From the NCBI GenBank assembly GCA_009914755.4, contig CP068257.2, forward strand, positions 37,248,001 to 37,312,000: DNA of 64,000 nt. The letters run 5' to 3'. Shown here one piece after another: positions 11,666-23,900 of the stretch. Below the pieces are notes generated by a model that was given only the letters and a program-made list of their open reading frames with translations, was not told where the DNA came from and made no database searches. Position numbers and translations under genes: made by a program. The first letter of the stretch is position 1, and each line of letters opens with the position of its first letter. Source of the DNA: the human T2T-CHM13v2.0 reference genome, Homo sapiens.

Positions 11666-13244
11666 CAGGGCCACATGAACACTTCAAAATACAGCCATTG
11701 CGAAACCTGAAACCTGGAATCTAATTAGCCTGAACCAGCCATTAAAAGAAAAAGTGATGTATGCCTGATAACCATTCTCCATATTTTTATAAGGAGACAG
11801 AACCAGTAAGAAAAAGAACATAGATAAATTAATTCCCCCGTTTTACAAGATATTTATTTTACAAGTAACCTTCCAGGGAATTCCCTGGTATGAACAAATG
11901 CATGCATTATGAACCCATCCAATGATATTGAGTTCACTGCTGGAATCTGGGCAAAACACTGCAAGTTGCTCGGTGAAAACAGGTCCAATTGTGTTTGGTT
12001 TGCTCTAAGTCAGCTGCAGGGAGGCACTGCTCTGCCACAAGACAGGAGGGAGGAAAGCTGGGGAAATCAGATAGGTTTCCTTGTTGCAGGTGTGTTCAAA
12101 GGAGGGTTGGAGCATCTTCCACTGACTTCACCTCTATGAAGCTCCTCTCCTGTCTTCGTAGTGAGAACAGAGATGGCTGTAAGTCAAACACGCCCGGAAA
12201 AGGCATTCGTGGACCAGACCATCCATGCACTGTGTTAACTGACCACTTAGGGCGAGCAGCGTTACAGGCCTGTAGTTGTGGAGGCAGGAGCTACAGGGAC
12301 ATTTCTGATGTGGCTCCAGCCCTCCACGATGGTATGATCCAGTTGAACCCAGAATCCCAGCACATGTGGACCAGTCAGGAAGCAACTGACTGAGAGCGGT
12401 AGAGGACCCAAATTTCTTCGGAGGTATTTACTTCGTTGAGAAAACCCACAGGGCAGCTCCAATCCCACATCCCTGGCATCCTGTGGCTTATGGGCGTGGG
12501 GCCACTTGCCTGTTGGAGGCGTGATGCATGATCCCCAGTATTTGCTCTGCAAGGCCAGGCATGGGCTCACCGAGAAACAACCTCGCCTTTGTGTTGTCCT
12601 CCTCCTGGACAATCCATGGGACAGGCCGGCCCTTTGGAGGGCACTTCCTGGGCTGTCCATCCCTCACTGGGGAAGCAAGAAGGCTCTGGATTGCCTGCCC
12701 CCCAGCCACCTGATATGAGTTGGGCACAGGGAGTGGCATTAGCCTGGGGCATTAATCCCCTCTGGTAGATGTCCCAACAAACATGCACCAATCAGAGACA
12801 GGGGCAGGGCACCAGGGGAAACTGTAGTCTCCTTTGCTTTGAATCAGTTATTATGGAGGACTTTATCACAAACACAGAATTACATTCCCAAATATTCATT
12901 CTTTTCAACACAAAGCTTAAAAGGTATTGCAGTTTGAATTGTAGTTGAGACATGACTCTGTAGTACCCACTACTGCATAAGGTTCAAGTCCAAAATGATC
13001 CACAGTCTTTTTCTTCTTTAATATTTTCTCTTTTTCACTGAGATGTAACACTGTACCTTCTATTGTAGGTGCTCCAATCTCAGGTATACCATCCAATAAT
13101 GTCTTACATATGTCTACAGCCATGCAACTGCCTCCCAGAGCAACATCTCAGACATTTCCAGGCTCCAGCAGACTTCCTGATGTTCCTTCTCTTTCAATAC
13201 AAACCTCCAGTCCTACAGGTAACTGCTATTACAACTTCTAGTAC

Positions 13245-13870
13245 CATGTGTTATTGAGCTTCATATAGATCGGAATTGTACAATGTGGGCTCCTTGAGAT
13301 CTGCTTTCTTCTGCTTAACGTTATGTCTGTAAAACATCTTTGCATGGGGCAACAGTTTATTTTTTCATTGCTATGTACTATTCCATTGAATGCATATGCC
13401 CCAATTTATTTAGTTCATCCTAACGTGGATGGGTATGTGTTGTTTTCTGTTTGGGACTATGATATATAAAGGTGCTAGGACCTTTCTCACACATGTCTCT
13501 TGGTGGCCACAGCCCTCGTTTCTTTTGAGAATATGCCCAGGAGTTTCTGGGGCATGGAAATATGTATGTTTAACTGTAGTAGACACCTCCAAACTCTTTT
13601 CCAAAACTGAACCAATTTACACTTCAACCATCAGTGTATGAGAGCTCTTGCTGTTACCCACCATTGTCAACACTTGTTGTTGTCAGTCCTTTTAATTTTA
13701 GCCTTTCTAATGGATGCATAATGGTATCTTACTGTGGGTGTAATTTGCATTTTCCTCTTGGCTGTAATACTGGGCATCTTCTTATGTGCTATTGGCCACT
13801 TGTATTTTCCTCTATTATGGGGGTCTCCGTGAATCACTCTATAAAGGGCCTGACAGTTAATATCTCTGGC
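13245..13870 (-). mobile_element. LINE-1 fragment (ORF2 3' region), ancient L1M, antisense
   Basis: Reverse-complement L1 motifs: ...catcagtgtatgagagctcttgctgttacccaccattgtcaacacttgttgttgtcagtccttttaattttagcctttctaatggatgcataatggtatcttactgtgggtgtaatttgcattttcctc... Confidence 0.6.
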
Positions 13871-16479
13871 TTTGGAGGTCATATGGTCTTGTCCCTACTA
13901 CTCAACTATGCTGTTGTCAAGCAAAAGCAGCCATGGGCAATGTGTGAATGAATGGGATTGGCTGTGTTCCAACACAGCTTATTTATAAAAACAGGCTGGG
14001 ATGGGAGGTGGATTTTGCTGGTGAGGCTTTAATTTGGTGACCCCTGCTATATTGTAATGTGCCTGCCCAAGACTTCTGCCCATTTTAAAATTAGGTTGTC
14101 TTTTTAATTTATTCATACAAGTTCTCTGTAAGTTCTAAATTCCAGTTTTATATTCTTAATCATTTATCATGTTTTGAAAATTAAAAAAAAAAACAGTTAT
14201 TATGTTGGACCATTCCTATAGCTTTTGCCCTGTGTTTCTACCATAGTCCCCTAAGAGATGAGATCACTCTTGTGAAAAGAGCTTCCTGCTGTTACCCAAG
14301 AGAGCTGTCTGCTGCCATCTTTGCCCCAGCATGACAGTGTGGCAGCCCAGCCCAGAGCACTGTGGCTCTGCTTGTAGCCTTGGGGAGTCCCACTGCCTAG
14401 ACCAGGCTGGGTGAAAATAGCCTGACTTCTTGGAATGGACACAGTTTTCAAAAGGAGCATAAATTTAGTCTGCCAATTCATGTATATGCCATGATGGTCA
14501 AAATTGAGGGATCTGGGCAAAGATTCCTTTTCCATTCTTAGCCAAATGCTTTCTAGGTTGGGCATCAGTTGATGGTGCAATTGAGAGGAAATTGCCCAAT
14601 TATTTTGTTGCTTCACTAACAAAATGCTTACTGTCTTTGCATTGTAAAATCTTTTTTTCATTTATAAGCTCCCCAAGGGAGCAAAAGCCATGCACAGTGG
14701 TGTGCCAGGAGCCCTCATGATTGTTTTGCCTGTTATCTTATTTGAGCAAATATTAGTATCTCATTTTGCAGCAAGGAAACTGAGGGTCAGAGTAGTTACA
14801 TGAATTGATCGGGATCAAGAGATTAAATAATTGACCAAGCCAGAAATGTTTTACTCCAAAGTCCATGATCTTCCCCATGGGCCCATACTGTGGTTTCCCT
14901 TTCATATAGAGATGGGGCTGGAAGGGCCATTATTGAATATCTGGTCAAGTTCCCTCACTTGATGGATGAACGCTGAGATCTGGAAGGAGTCAACCAACTC
15001 ATCACCCAAGGTTCCCCCAACAAGCTAGCAGCAAAGCTTGGATGAGAACCCAGATTTCTAAGTTCAAAGTCTTCCTCACATCTTCCTTTATTTAAATAAT
15101 TTTGACTGTACTACATCAACCATAACACAAGCTATATAAAAACAGCAATTTGTTTTTCTAAGACTATACCTAGTGTCTGTAATAGCATCAAGCAATTGAG
15201 ATGTTCCATTTGTTGAATAAATGGATCGTAAGACAATAAGTAGTAGGTGGTTTGATTACATCCTGCAAAGAAGTTTTGATGCTCTTCCTACTTTTCACTC
15301 CCTCTTAAGTCTTCATTCAAGACAAAGAAGCTCATTGGATGCCCAATATCAGCCAAGACCAAAGGCCAAAAGGAAATGCACAACATCAAGCCTTTTTTTC
15401 TTGTTCAGTAATAAAATCTATAGCAATACTATAATTTGTTTCCTTTACAGATACTTTAATCAAAAAGAAACATATCAAAATATGGTAAATTCTGCTTGTT
15501 CATTCAAGTTATCCAATTGGCTTTAGAATGCCACTTATCCTTACTTTCAATTGTATTCATTTCCAAATATACAGCTTCTTAGAAATGTAGGGACACTATC
15601 CTCAGCCCTTAAATGTGGAATTTATCAACCCCTGTATTGTTTATTTTTGTGCAATTAGCAACATCACTTCTGGGGAAAAAAAAGGACTTTTGGGACTGAT
15701 AAATGTATTTGTGACATTTTCCTCTAAATATCTTGCTTCTTTATGCATCCTCTCATTTTATACTGAGCTTGGTCTAGGGGAAGTTCGGGTAAACAGATCT
15801 CTTATGAGTAATTAGTGTCCAATTAAGCCAAGGTTTCATGTCTGTGTGAGTCCAGCCTCTTTTTCCAACCTCTGGGAAGAATTAAGTAGGTCAGGTCTCT
15901 GTTTACAAAGCAAGCCCCAATGCTGTTGACTATCCAGGGGATTTTACAAGTTATTCCCAGTAGCTGAACCACTAGATAAAGCTACTCAAAAAATTTGTAT
16001 AGGCCTTTGCTGCTGTGCAAGGGGCAACGTTGACCATCCAGTGATCTAGGTCCTTCCTTTCTGCATTTGTCCTGTGGGAGTTTCCACAGACTGTTACATC
16101 ACCAAGAAGCTTCATCCTGAAACAAAAGGAAGGTCACAACCCTGATCTCATGGTCAAAAGATCATGACACTATCCTTCCCATCATAAGCCCTGTTTCAAA
16201 TGACTCAACTTGAACGGCAGCTGCTCTACTGGCAATCTTTTGTGCATGATTTATTTTTTCCAACTTTGTATTCCAAAAATTTTCAAATATACAAAAAAGA
16301 TAAAAGATGAATACGAGGAACATTTGTATACTCACCACTTAGATTCAAAAATCATCGACATTTGGCTGAACCGTTTGAAAGTGAGCTGCACTTTAAATAT
16401 TTTTGCATCTATCGCCTGAGAATAAAAACATTCTCTCTAATACGAAGTAACACTGTAACAAAGAATTATTTAAGTTATC

Positions 16480-17510
16480 AAAGTAGTCAAAATAAAGTTG
16501 TTCATAATATTTTCTTATTATCCTCTTAAAGTCTGTAGGATCTGTAGTGATGTGTCACTTTCATTCCTGATGCGGGAATTTGTGTCTTCGCTCTTTTTTT
16601 CTGCATAAATCTAATTAGAGGTTTATTAATTTTATTAATTTTTCCCCAAAGAACCTGCTGTGGGTTTCATTTATTTTTTTAGTTTTGGTAAATTTAATTC
16701 ATGTCTGCTTTTATGTTTATTATTTCCCTTTTCCTATTTTTGGATTTAATTTGCTTCTTTCTAGCATCTTGAAGTGGAAGTTTTGATCTGTTTGTAGCCA
16801 TATCTTACCTATTTTAATATGCTGCGTTTTTGTTCTTAGTTAGTTCAAAATATTTTTGATACTCCTTGTTATTTCTGCTTTGACCCATGGGTTATTTAGA
16901 AATATGTTGTTTAATTTCCACATATTTGGGGGCTTTCCAGATTCTTCTGTTGTTGACTTCTTATTAAATTCTATTATAGGCAGAACATAAACTTTTTATG
17001 ATTTCAATCCTTTTAAATTTGTTGAGGCTTGGTCTTTGGCTCAGCACATGGCCTATCTTGGCAAATGTTCCATGTGCACTGGAAAAGAGTGAACATTCTG
17101 TTGCTATTACATGGACATATTTACATCAATTAGTCAAGTTGGTAAATAGTGTTATTCACTATTCAGTAAATAGTGTTGCTGAGTTTCTGTTTACTTCTTC
17201 TGTAAGTTATTAGGAAAAGAATGCAGAAATTTCCAACTATGATTGTTGATTTACCCATTCTTCCCAGTTTATCAGTTTTTGCTTCATTTATTGTGTGCAT
17301 ACACATTTAAGATTGTTATATCTTTGTGATGCATTGACCCTTTGTCAGTATAAAACGTCCTTCTTCATCCCTGCTAATAATCATTTTTCTGATTTCTGTT
17401 TTCTCTGATGTTAATACAGCCAGTCTTACTTTATTTTTATTATTTGCATGAAATATCTATTTCTATCTTTTACCTATTTTTGTTATCACATGTGAAGTGA
17501 ATTTCTTGGA
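16480..17510 (-). mobile_element. LINE-1 fragment (ORF1/ORF2 junction region), older, antisense
   Basis: AT-rich antisense L1-like sequence, e.g. ...gttgtttaatttccacatatttgggggctttccagattcttctgttgttgacttcttattaaattctattataggcag... (compare the L1 ORF2 start region ...gttgtttaatttccacatatttgtgaattttcc...). Confidence 0.55.
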
Positions 17511-17945
17511 TAAAGAAAATGTGGTACATATACATCATGGAATACCATGCAGCCATAAAAAAAGAATGAAATAATGATCTTTGCAGCAACATGGATGCAG
17601 CTGGAAGCCATTATTATAAGCAAATTAATTCAGAAACAGAAAATAAATATTGCATATTCTCACTTATAAGTGGGAGCTAAACCTCAGATACATGTGAACA
17701 TAAAGATGGGAACAAGAGATACTGGGAACTCCAAAAGGAGGGAAGACAGGAAGGTGGCAAGGGCTGAAAAACTTTTTATTGATACTATGTTCACTATCTG
17801 GATGATGGGATCAATAGAAGCCTAAGCCTCAGCATCACACGATATAACTAATCTTGCAATAAACCTGCGACAAACCTTGTAACAAACACATACCACTCGA
17901 ATCTAAAATTTAAATTTAAAAATTTAAATAATAACAATAATTAAG
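17510..17945 (+). mobile_element. LINE-1 3' end (ORF2 C-terminus plus 3' UTR), L1P/L1PA-like, sense. It is inserted within the antisense L1 sequence.
   Basis: gaaaatgtggtacatatacatcatggaataccatgcagccataaaaaaagaatgaaataatgatctttgcagcaacatggatgcagctggaagccattattataagcaaattaattcagaaacagaaaataaatattgcatattctcacttataagtgggagctaaac... to ...cctgcgacaaaccttgtaacaaacacataccactcgaatctaaaatttaaatttaaaaa. Confidence 0.8.
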
Positions 17946-17949
17946 TTTC

Positions 17950-19470
17950 TTGCAGCTCGCACACAGTTTTGTCTTTCATTTTTAACAAGCTCTGTCTTTT
18001 GATTGGGGTGACATGTTATGTAATTATCAACATGGTTGAATTTAAATCTACCATCTCCCTTTTTTTTCTATTCGTCTCATCCCTTTTTTATTTCTTTTCC
18101 CCTAAATTTCCACTTTCTTTTGGAATATATTTTTTCTACTCTATTTATAGACACTATTGGCTGATAAGCTATAGTCTTTTATTATTTTAAGTAGTTCTTC
18201 TAAGATTTACAATATTCAAATTTAACTTTTCACAGTCCATATAGATATAATATTATGCTACTTCATGTATAATCCTTAGGACATTATATTTCTATTTTTG
18301 CCTGCTATCTTTGTGCTATTATTGTCGTACACTTTATTTCTCACCTTATTTTAACTGCAAAATACATTTCTACTCTTTTTGCCTTAAATATTACATTATT
18401 TAAGGCAAATAATGGGCCAGGCATGGTGGCTCATGCCTGTAACCCCAGCACTTTGGGAGGCTATGTGGGCAGATCTCTTGAGATCAGGAGTTTGAGACCA
18501 GCCTGGCCAACATAGTGAAACCCCAACTCTACTAAAAATACAAAACTTAGCCTGGCATGGTGGCACATGCCTGTGGTCCCAGATCTCCAGAGGCTGAGGC
18601 AGGAGAACCACTTGAACTCAGGAGGCAGAGGCTGCAGTGAGCTGAGATCACATCACTGCACTCCAGCCTGGGTGACAGAGCAAGACTCTGTCTCAAAAAA
18701 AAAAAAAAAGAAAAAAGAAAAAAAATTAAATTATCTTTTAACAAAATGTTTAAATGAGGCAAAAAACCCTTTATATTTACTCAAATATTTATCAATATCA
18801 GCCCTTTCCATTCTTGTGTATACATCCAAGTTTCTATGTGATCGTAGGTTTTATATTCCCATGATTTAAAGGACTTGATTTAAATTTATTGTAGTGTAGG
18901 TCTGCTGGAAGTGAATTCTTGTAGCTTGTATTTGTCTGAAAAATATTTTATGTGACTTCCATTTTCAAAGAATTATTTTTCATGAATATATAATTATAGG
19001 TTAACAGGATTTATTGTCTATCTATCTATTGCTCTTTAAAGTTTTCTGGTCTGCATAGCTTCTGACAAGAAGTCTGCAGTCATTCTTACTGTTCCTCTGT
19101 ACATATATCTATTTTCCCTCTCTGCTTTTAAGAATATTTCTACCACTTGTTTTTAGCTATTTATTATAATGCTTTATTATGGGGTGTGTGGTTGGGGGGT
19201 GTATGTGTGTATTTATTCTATTTTGGGTTTGTTGTGCTTCTTGGATCTCTAGCTCTGTAATTTTCATCCAATTTGGAGACATTTCAGACATTATTTCTTC
19301 AAATGTTTTGTCTTTTCTCTTTGAGGAATTTCAGTTACCATTACATTAGATGACTTTATATTTTTCCACAGATCTCTGTAGCTCCATACAATTTTTCTTA
19401 GTCATTTTTCTCTCTAGGCTTCATTTTGGATAAATCCCATTGCTATATCTACAAGTTCATTGATCTTAAA
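17950..19470 (-). mobile_element. LINE-1 fragment (5' UTR / ORF1 / ORF2-start region), older, antisense. It is interrupted by the Alu at 18415-18725.
   Basis: Antisense L1-like sequence, e.g. ...gggtgtgtggttggggggtgtatgtgtgtatttattctattttgggtttgttgtgcttcttggatctctagctctgtaattttcatccaatttggagacatttcagacattatttcttcaaatgttttgtcttttctc... Confidence 0.55.
18415..18725 (+). mobile_element. Alu SINE, full length, with an A-rich tail
   Basis: ggccaggcatggtggctcatgcctgtaaccccagcactttgggaggctatgtgggcagatctcttgagatcaggagtttgagaccagcctggccaacatagtgaaaccccaactctactaaaaatacaaaa... to ...gcactccagcctgggtgacagagcaagactctgtctcaaaaaaaaaaaaaaagaaaaaag. Confidence 0.95.
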
Positions 19471-19480
19471 GGAAACCAGA

Positions 19481-20017
19481 ATATTTCACCCCAAAATGTG
19501 GCTGAGCTAAAGAAGCAGTCTCAAGGTCTCTTTGATCCCTTCTCCTATCTCTCAATCCTCTGTCTCTCCCAAAGCACAGGATGAAGCTGCTCTCCAAAGT
19601 TCCCTTATCTACCTAGAAACTGGACCTACCAAAGAGGAACACACTTTTCTTCCCTAAAATTTCATTAACCAGAGAAGATTAAAACTCATATCAAAAGGAA
19701 GAGACTGAAAATTAAACACCAGATGAACTCATCCCAAACCGTTGTCTGCTGTCTGTCCTCTCCAATTTCCAAAGACTATTATTTACTAGCCATTGTCTGA
19801 GTATGAGGCCCATTCATTTTGCCCCTGAAAATCACTTACTATCCCTCAAACCATCCACATTTCCCCCATCTTCCCTTCTGCTATGAAGAAGAGTATATAC
19901 GCATCCATACCCCATTGGGTAGTCATTTTCCTGCAATTCCCCTGTGCTATGCACATTAAAATAAAGTTTGTATGCCTTTTTTCTCTTATGAGTCTGCTTT
20001 TCTCTGTTGATTTTCAG
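19481..20017 (+). repeat. Copy A of a ~530 bp dispersed, LTR-like repeat. It carries an ATTAAAATAAAG poly-A-signal-like motif about 60 bp from its end. Copy B is at 25732-26252.
   Basis: atatttcaccccaaaatgtggctgagctaaagaagcag...ctagaaactggacctaccaaagaggaacaca...attaaccagagaagattaaaactcatatca...cctgcaattcccctgtgctatgcacattaaaataaagtttgtatgcc...gttgattttcag. It aligns by eye along its whole length with 25732-26252. Confidence 0.6.
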
Positions 20018-20169
20018 CAAACAGTCAGAGGATGAAGAGGGAAATGTTCCCCCTTTACTCTTATATATTTGGTGCTGTGAGCAGCATATCCAAAACTGCT
20101 CTGCTTTTCTGGAAGCCACAACCAAAGGAACTCAGGACCTGAGAGGCCAATATAAGAGTAAGAAACTGT

Positions 20170-20237
20170 TACCAGACTCCTAGTCTCTCTCTGTGGAATC
20201 TGGTACCAGACTCCCAGTCTCTCTCTGTGGAATCTGG
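20170..20237 (+). repeat. Perfect-but-one 34-bp direct tandem duplication (2 units)
   Basis: taccagactcctagtctctctctgtggaatctgg followed by taccagactcccagtctctctctgtggaatctgg. Confidence 0.9.
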
Positions 20238-23200
20238 TTGAGCAGATGGTAAAAATTACTTTTTGTCTATTTTTCCTTTTTACATTTAAGATTAATGGGA
20301 GAAAAGCATTTGTATGACTATTGTTAGGTGCGGTGACTCTGGTGTATTTTTGGTATGAATATTCATATTGTCTGATCCATTTATGCCCAGAAATAGTCTT
20401 TGCTTTTTGTTTATCTTTGTCTCCCTGTGTCATTTTGTCATAAACAGGGGTACCATAGGGTAGAACATAGGCCTAAAACATAAGCCTGTTGTTCAAGCCA
20501 GCTTCCACAGACCGGTGAGTTTTATAGTTCTCAGCAGACCTCCAGCACCTATTTAGAAAAATTGTGCTGCGGGTCTCCAAAATGAAAACAGAATGAGGTT
20601 GCCCTCTCCTTTTGTTTTATGTCCTTGAAAGCTTTCTTTGTGACCAAGTGGGAGCATTTCTCTTTTTGGTCTCTGCTATCCAGGGTGTGTGATTTTCAGA
20701 TCATGTGTGGTGGCCAGTCTGAAAGGACTGGGACACCCAAGATGCATAAAATTTTAAGCAGCGTGCTCTGTTGCTAACATGCTAGGCTCTCAGGATGGTT
20801 TGTCTTAATAAGGAGCCTCATCCACAAGGGGCTTTGTTGTCTCAATCTTTGTTGCCTGGTTAGTGCTGGGCAAATCCAATCCCAGAAGTTGGTGGATCTA
20901 TAACTGATGGTACAGCCGAGTGTCCATGTGTCCATGTACTTGTGTGGAGAACAGAGACATCATTCACACAAATACCATCCTTAATCACCTGTGGCAACAA
21001 AGATCTTTTGCTATCTTAGCCTATTTCTGGGAGTGAATTTTTGGGGATCATGGAGGCTGCATCTTCTATGCCTCCTGATCTTCCCATAAAGAGGCTTATT
21101 AGATTGAGTTGCTATTAAAATAAGTACACCATTGGAAAGTCTAATCATCAATGGCCAGATAATAGTTTTTTGAATTAGAAAGACTTATATATTTGAAAAC
21201 AAAATTTGAAGATCTCTTGCCCTAAGCAGTTGCCTTATTTGTATTGATGAGAGAACCAAATTAAAAGAAAGACATGTAATATTGGGATGGCTAGTCTTAA
21301 AAATTATTCTGACAAAATTAAAAAGCAAAAATTTGACCTAAAACAAAAGTTAAAATTCTTTGAACACTCAAACTGCCAACTTTGAATTTCCAGGGGAATT
21401 TGTAAAAAAGTCACTCCAGCCTATGGTCTGGTATTTAAGATTCTGTGCATTTACCACTGTGGTCTGGGTTTGATTTAGTTCTCTGGTCAGGGAATCGGCC
21501 CCTTGAAAATGTAAATCCTTTAATTCAGAAGGAAACATTTATAAAAACTAGTTTGAATTATTCGTTTTGAATTTATATTTGTATGACTCAACATTTGAGG
21601 TACCCATTTGTTTGTATTCTTTCTTCTCATATAGACAACTTTTCATTTTCTGTTGTCTAACTAACTGTCGCTTTTAATTTTCCATCTATGGGGCACACAG
21701 ATTGCTGGGCCATTGTGTGTAGATGGACAGCTGAGAAGTTTGGTCTCTAGAAAATATGACCAGACAGAGATGTGGGCTGTACTTCATTTGTGACTGGTGA
21801 CACTTTCCTTGCTTTAAGCTGTCACTGGGAGGGGTCTAGATCTTGGAAGGGTTGCAACTTTTGCTTCTCTTTTGGAGACTTGGGTTAAACCCATAAAGGG
21901 CTTCTTGGTTTTATTCTCATGTATGCTTATTTGTTTTGGTTTTGAGTAATTCACTTAGGAATACTTCTGGTTTAAAACTCTATTTTTAGAATGTGATAGC
22001 AAGTTTTTTTTCTGTTTATCTTGCATCCTCTACTGGATCAGAGAGATGTATCTCCCACCACCACTGGGAACCAAAGACCTTCTTAGGTGGCAAAAGAGAG
22101 GTGCTGCTCCCACCACCACTGCCAATGCTCCCCTCCTCAGTCTCTCAGCTCTCACAAAAGGCTGGCTGCTCACATAACAGAAAATTTGCTGCTTGTATTT
22201 TTTTTTTTTTAATTTTACAGAGCTCTATGGTCGAAAGTCAGTTTAATTAAAAGCTAATCTTCTCTCTTCTCTTTTAAATTCTATCTCTCCTATGGAAACT
22301 TCTTAGTCAACAAGACCCCTCTTTTTTGAACCCCTGCTAACTAAAACTTCATTGACCTTTTGGGAAACTTAAGATTCTCCCAAACTGACTCCCCTAAGAC
22401 TTGGTCCATTTACTTTTTCTCCTCTTTCCTTTTGGCACCTTCAATCTTTCATCCAGTTAATCCCCTCCCTCCTTCATTTGGTAATCAGTTGATAAAAATT
22501 ACTAAAAGGAAGCAACAGCACTCTGGCCACCACAAAGATCTAAAGGAAACTTTCAGCAATGCTGAGAACCCGAGCAGAACACAGAAAAGGCACTATTGAC
22601 CCTCTCTTTTGGGGTCCTCTGTCTTCCTCATGAGCCTCAAAAGTCATAATCAGCTTCTTCTCAGATCTAAAGGTCTGCTCTCTTTTGCACTGAATTCCTG
22701 GATCTCTTTGGTTTTTAGATACATATCATGTATGCATGTGGTGGTGTATGTTGTGTCGACATGTATGTAGATTATTATACCTGTGTTTCTATATTGTCTA
22801 CATAATACCAAATTGATCTTAAAATAAACACTCTTGAATTAAGTAGATAAGCTTAAATGCTATTCAAGTTTACATGACTGTAATAAATCTTTGGTAAATA
22901 AAGCTAATTTTTAAATTGTTGGTAAAATAAAATGAAAATGCCTTCAGAATTGTCATTATTAATGCGACGTTTTTGCCTGGGTCTACTGGTCAGACAGATT
23001 TATGCTGTCTCTTATAGACATTTTAAGGTTACAAAATTGTTGCTTCTGTGATATTTTTAATACTTGCTTGATTTGTCTGTGAGCTAAAACTGTGCTGTGG
23101 GCTGGCTGCTGGGTTTCCCCCAACCTTACATACATCTTACTGTGAGCTTATATCTTTGGTTTTGAGCTTCTGGATTCTGGGCTCTGGACAGGTGGCTATG

Positions 23201-23550
23201 GTGAGGCCTGGGGACACGTGGGTCTACAGTGCCTAAGCCACCAGCTGCAGGGCAGAGCCAAGCCCAATACGGCCCCGTCTTCCCTGGCCCAGCTATACCT
23301 CCTGGCCATGCTCAGTGGGGTTGGATCCTCTAGACATTTTCTTCAAAAGTCTATCCTCTGTCCTGGGCTCTACATCTGATATGTAACTCTAGGACCCAGA
23401 TGGGCCCTGCCCTTCAGAGCTTTCCTGGATACCCAGGATGGCTGTGGGAGGGACATTGCGGGGGGTGTCTGTGCCCAGTATCTCAAAGGCCTTGGTAGGA
23501 TAAACTGCTTGCTGACACAGGATTAGCCTCGTGTTGCCTTTTAAAAAATA

Positions 23551-23900
23551 GACCAGACATAGTGACTCACACCTGTAATCCCAAGACTTTGAGAGGCCAA
23601 GGCAGGAGGATCCTTTGAGCCCAGGAGTTCAAGATCATTCCTGGACAACATGGTGAGACACCATCTCTACAGAAAATTTAAAAATTAGCTGAGTAAGGAA
23701 AAAGAAAAATATTAGCTGAATGTGATGGTGTGTACCTGTAGTCCCAGCTACTTGGGATGCTGAGGTGGAAAGATCACTTCACCCTTGGAATCAAGGCTGC
23801 AGTGAGCCATGATCATGCCACTGCACACCCGTCTGGGTGACAGAGTGAGACCCTGTCTGAAAAAAATGAAATAAAATAAATAATAAATTAAAATTAAAAA
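23551..23900 (+). mobile_element. Alu SINE (older, diverged; ~30-bp internal A-rich insertion), with an A-rich tail
   Basis: gaccagacatagtgactcacacctgtaatcccaagactttgagaggccaaggcaggaggatcctttgagcccaggagttcaagatcattcctggacaacatggtgagacaccatctctacagaaaatttaaaaattagctg... to ...gccactgcacacccgtctgggtgacagagtgagaccctgtctgaaaaaaatgaaataaaataaa. Confidence 0.85.

Noticed and set aside
11900-12800. Cluster of mutually overlapping 70-134 aa ORFs on both strands in a GC-richer stretch; considered as a possible CpG island or gene
   Set aside because: CpG content is low (few CG dinucleotides despite elevated G+C). The ORFs overlap one another in incompatible frames, as expected for GC-rich non-coding DNA with reduced stop-codon frequency. 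No recognisable protein similarity.
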